Assembly: GCA_030704615.1 (NCBI GenBank)
Contig: CM060733.1
Span: 49,910,001-49,974,000, forward strand
DNA: 64,000 nt
Direction: 5' to 3'
Source: Takakia lepidozioides
Lineage: Eukaryota > Plantae > Bryophyta
Positions within the stretch are counted from its first letter, which is position 1, and each line of letters starts with the position of its first letter. The notes below the pieces were generated by a model that was given only the letters and a program-made list of their open reading frames with translations, had not been told where the DNA came from and ran no database searches. The position numbers and the translations under genes were made by a program. Shown piece after piece: positions 60,001-64,000 of this stretch.

Positions 60001-61672
60001 GCGAAGTGCTAAAGTTACTGGGACAGATCTGGCATTAACCAGGTTAGACATATATGGAACAACCAAGATTTTATGGACTCCACATCTATTGCTAGCATTG
60101 CAGGATCAGTCAGGACTTCCTCTAGCTTTCAGACCATCAAAGATTCAATTACCCCTTGGCTATCAACACTGCAAGCAGATCCTTCTGCCCCCACCATGAA
60201 CTACTAGTCCCTGGCTATTGTCAGAGAGACACTTACCATTCTCTTCGTCATGGACAAGCTAAACAACAGTTTACGGGTTTTTCCGTTCAGTATCCATCTT
60301 GTGACCATGTCTCTATCCCTACAAAGTACAGTCCCTCTCTCCCTTCCTAATCTCCCCCATACTCCCATCAGAATCTGCTGCTGGTCCTCTCCCACAAGAG
60401 ACATGAACCCAACTCCAGACCCTATGATCCCCATCACAACCTGGCTAGCAGCAAATTCATTCTTTTGGATTTCAGGAAGGCCCCTCGTAGAGCTTCCCTT
60501 TGATCCAGGAGAGTGGTCCTGGGCTTTCTCTAGATCTCCGACTCCCTTCTTCGCGTACACCACCAGAACAGCATACAAGGCTCTGACATCTCCCAGCCCC
60601 CTCTTTGCCAAATGGAACTCGAAATGGCAATTTTACGGGTTTGTGGAGGAAAACTGGAAATCAATCTGGACATGTATCTGGGAAAAAACAAGGCCAGCCA
60701 AGATGTCCGCCTTTCTATGGCAAATAGCCAACATAGTCCTTAAGATGGGAGAATGGTTACAATTCCAGGAAGCCTTGCTTTGCTCTTGTTGCTCCTATGG
60801 GCAGAAGGAAACCCCGGAACATTGCCTTATCTGTTGCCTTACCCCCAGGAAAGTCTGGCCTATCGTTAAAGATTTTTATAGACATTGGGATATCCAAGAC
60901 TTCTCAATTGTACATCTGCTACTCAACTACGACTCAAATTCAAAAACCAAGGCTTCAAACTGCCCAGTCGATTGCCTTCTCAACTCTACACTGTGGAACA
61001 TATAGAAAGTTAGATGTGCCTGGACCCTCTCGGGTGCCACCTGCACTTTATCTACCTTGCTTTCTAGAGTATTCCGGGACTTATAGATTGAAGGGAGGAA
61101 GGCTTGGGCAAAACTTTGTGCAGATGTCGCAAAGAAGACCCCAACAAGCGGCAACAATCCACGGTCAGTTCGCCAACACTTGGGCAAGAAACGGTCTTCT
61201 CTGCACTAGCTCGTCACCATCCCACTGTGCCTGGGCAGCTCAACCGCCACATCGATGGCGAGAACTCAACACACCCCTCCATGGCGGCGTCCCCCGAGTT
61301 TGACAGGGATAATCAATCGGCGCCACATCAAATCGGCTGCTAGACTGAAATTTCGCTGAGATCCATTCGTGCATAGATCGTGCACACAAATAAGCTTTGG
61401 ACAGGTTCCAAGCAGCTACTAAGCCATTGACGTTTTAGATTCCTTGTAGATCTCACCAGTCCAGAAGCGACTGCCTACATTCAAAGCAACCCCCTACGGA
61501 TGTGACTTCTACATAGGGCTTGTAACCCTAGGTCATCTTCGTCCTTCGGGAGGTTGGTTCGTTCATCATACTACCTCATGGTGTAATCTGGGGTTTTAAT
61601 TTTTTTCCCCACAATAAACTCAAATTAATTTAGGGCCTTCCCCTTTTCCAAAAAAAAAGAAAAAAAAGAAAA
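60001..61672 (+). mobile_element. 5'-truncated L1-type LINE (zf-RVT C-terminus, 3' UTR, poly(A)) with target-site duplication
   Basis: ORF 60250-61005 reads WKSIW..IW....PAKMSAFLW...CSCC....ETPEHCLICC...KVW. An A-rich tail spans 61650-61675. aaagttttg occurs at 59992-60000 and 61673-61681. Confidence 0.85.
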
Positions 61673-63297
61673 AAAGTTTTGCCCTTGAGTAATAAACTAT
61701 ATATCATTTCAGGTATTATCTTGATAGGCAGGTATTAAGTGGGGAAGGTACATCAGGAGAAAACAATCGTTGCGTGGTCTCTCCTTAGGGAGGAGCCAAC
61801 AAAACCTCTACTAAATGTTTTTCTATCCGTGTGAATGTTCATCGTCTTTGAATGCTCTCGTGGCCTTCACATGGCTGTCACTCCTCTCAAGGAAGACTGC
61901 AAGAACTACTCTTGTCTGTCTCTATGTCACACAGACAGGGAGAGGGAGGGAGAAAAGGGCGAGAGAGAATAGCATTACTTATACCAAGCAGTTCAGATAT
62001 GTGTCTACTCGATTTTAATGGAAAACCAGTAATCGACTTCAAATTATTGCACATTTTTCGATACTATTCTGCTTCATTGTTGGAATGGCGTTGGAGTGTT
62101 TGCAAGGGAAGCTAATTGGAGAGGGAAGGTAATTGCCATGCCACAAGATCGAGAACAGGATGGTGATGGTGGAAAAATATCAAAGTGCGGTTGTGGTGTA
62201 GACGGTGGAGCTCCATTGGAGCTTGCAGATGAAAGTGAGTATGGCTCACAGTGACGTAGCCTTGTCATGCACCAGCTTGTTGAGCATCTTGGACATGCTG
62301 GATTGTTCCTCATTGTGTAGTGTGTAATGGAGCCCACAGTGAGGAGCATGAATGTTGTTGAAAGCTAAACTAGAACTCCTCCAAAAAGGAACCTGTCAAA
62401 GTATTGATTGTGTCCGATTTTCGGGCACGAACATCTACAGTGCTGCCATGAAGTTTTGAAAGGTCTCTACAATGGTGGGACAAGCGTAAAGGCAGATTGT
62501 AGCTTTCTTAGTGTACAATGTGAAGAAGTTACCCGTTGTGCAAAAGTGGGCTCTTTCTGTCAGTGTCATGATTTGTTCTTTTCCGTGTTGTTTACCATGT
62601 ACTTGGGAGGGTCAGGTCGGTTTTGCAGGCGGTGCTTCAATCTATTGCTCCTCAGCTGCACCGTGGTGGTCCTCAGAGACCAACCAGTTATCACCCAATT
62701 ACAGACACAAGCAGCGCACACAAGAGGTCCTTTGTGTTGGTGGTTGGTTGAATCCTCCTTGGGTGAAAGAAAAGCCAGCTGCCTTCATGACACAAGGTCA
62801 AGGACAATGTGGTGAGGGCACCTTCTTCTTCAACAGATTTTAGCCTGCTTTGTCCTCTTATCAGAGTCGTCCCTAATGTTTCATGTTGAATTCTGCAAAG
62901 TTATCTCGTTGGGTGGATTTATGTTGACATGTTACTGCCAAGGTGGGCAACAGGCAAATATCCAAAAACAGAAAACAGAGACGAGGAGAAGCTTTGGAAC
63001 GAATATTTCTTGGACCCCAGTCAATGGTCAGACAATCAAGGCAAAAAGGTGAATGCCTGTTAAACTACAGAGAAGTAGACAACAAGATGCATCACAAAGC
63101 TTTCTTGGAAATTGCCATCCTCTCTCTCTCTCTCTCTCTCACCAGCACATTTTCAAAGTCTTGGGACCAATTCAGAGTAGAAGCTAGTGTGTGATCAGTA
63201 GGGTTTGGGTGTTTGCTAGAAAAAAATTCAGCTGTCATTGTCAGCTTCTAGCAGCAAGGGCAAGGTCTATGCATTAATGGTTCCGAGGAAGGGATAG

Positions 63298-64000
63298 CTG
63301 AAGGAGAGCAGGGATGGAGTGTGGGTCCAGATTCATCCGAGAGGGACGGATTTCAGGCACAATAGCACCTATGATTCCCTGTGGCCTGATAGCTACAGGA
63401 AACCTGCATGGGTAGATGGTCAACTGGAAACAGTGGCAGCGGCATATCGGATAAAATCAGGCGCCTCCACCATGACCACAGCTTCTGAGAGAGGACCAAG
63501 AGAGGGAGTCCACAATACCGCTTCTGGCACTTCTGGGCACGTGAGGATGCCATGTGAGGCAGGGCAACTGAAAGAGGCTCTACAGATTTTGAAACAAGGA
63601 AGGGTTTCAGCAGATTCAGATACTTATGTCTGTCTCTTGCATAAGTGCATCAAGATGAAAGGCCTAGAAGCCGGAAAACAGGTGCATGCTCACATCACCC
63701 AAAGTGGATTCAAGCCCAACGTTTTTCTATACAACACCCTTGTTAACATGTATGTGAAGTGTGGGAGCATTGTGGATGCTCACCGAGTGTTCAACAAAAT
63801 GCCTGAACGAGGTTTGATCACGTGGAATATAATGATGGCAGGATTTAGCAAGCATGGGTGTGGTAAGAATGCCTTGGAGACCTATGAGCTAATGATGCAG
63901 GAAGGGGTGAAGCCCAACCAGATCACATTTGTTTGTGTTTGCAATGCTTGTGCGAGCCTGGAAACCCTGGAGAAGGGCAAAAAGATCCATGGTGACATCT
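63298..64000 (+). CDS. PLS-class PPR protein, partial (runs off the window end)
   Basis: Open frame: GQLKEALQIL...DSDTYVCLLHKC...GKQVHAHITQSGFKPNVFLYNTLVNMYVKCGSIVDAHRVFNKMPER..ITWNIMMAGFSKHG. The start is uncertain because of an in-frame TAG at 63295. Confidence 0.85.
   Translation, partial: MKESRDGVWVQIHPRGTDFRHNSTYDSLWPDSYRKPAWVDGQLETVAAAYRIKSGASTMTTASERGPREGVHNTASGTSGHVRMPCEAGQLKEALQILKQGRVSADSDTYVCLLHKCIKMKGLEAGKQVHAHITQSGFKPNVFLYNTLVNMYVKCGSIVDAHRVFNKMPERGLITWNIMMAGFSKHGCGKNALETYELMMQEGVKPNQITFVCVCNACASLETLEKGKKIHGDI

Overview
Eukaryotic land-plant genomic DNA: spliceosomal GT-AG introns, PLS-class PPR genes and a receptor-like kinase exon. The codon and intron style suggests a seed-free plant, but the species cannot be fixed from sequence alone. 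The left half (1-34 kb) is a stack of mobile and accessory DNA: (i) a LINE with frameshifts; (ii) an orphan kinase exon; (iii) a 5.3-kb array of ~46 x 116-bp units, each carrying an 18-bp-stem dyad; (iv) directly behind the array, a ~9-exon gene whose spliced product joins an N-terminal ParB/Srx-like domain to a C-terminal beta-class N6A/N4C DNA-methyltransferase-like domain; (v) a Ty3/gypsy element with a very large extra 3' ORF; and (vi) nested in it, a second gypsy whose polyprotein reads Gag-PR-C5 DNA methyltransferase-RT-RH-IN-PHD. The right half holds ordinary host genes: GRV2/RME-8, a small membrane protein, a PPR pseudogene, an FHA gene and a partial PPR gene, plus a 5'-truncated L1. 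The strongest candidate for an undescribed system is the palindromic array with the ParB-MTase gene (5738-15351), followed by the DNMT/PHD-carrying retrotransposon.
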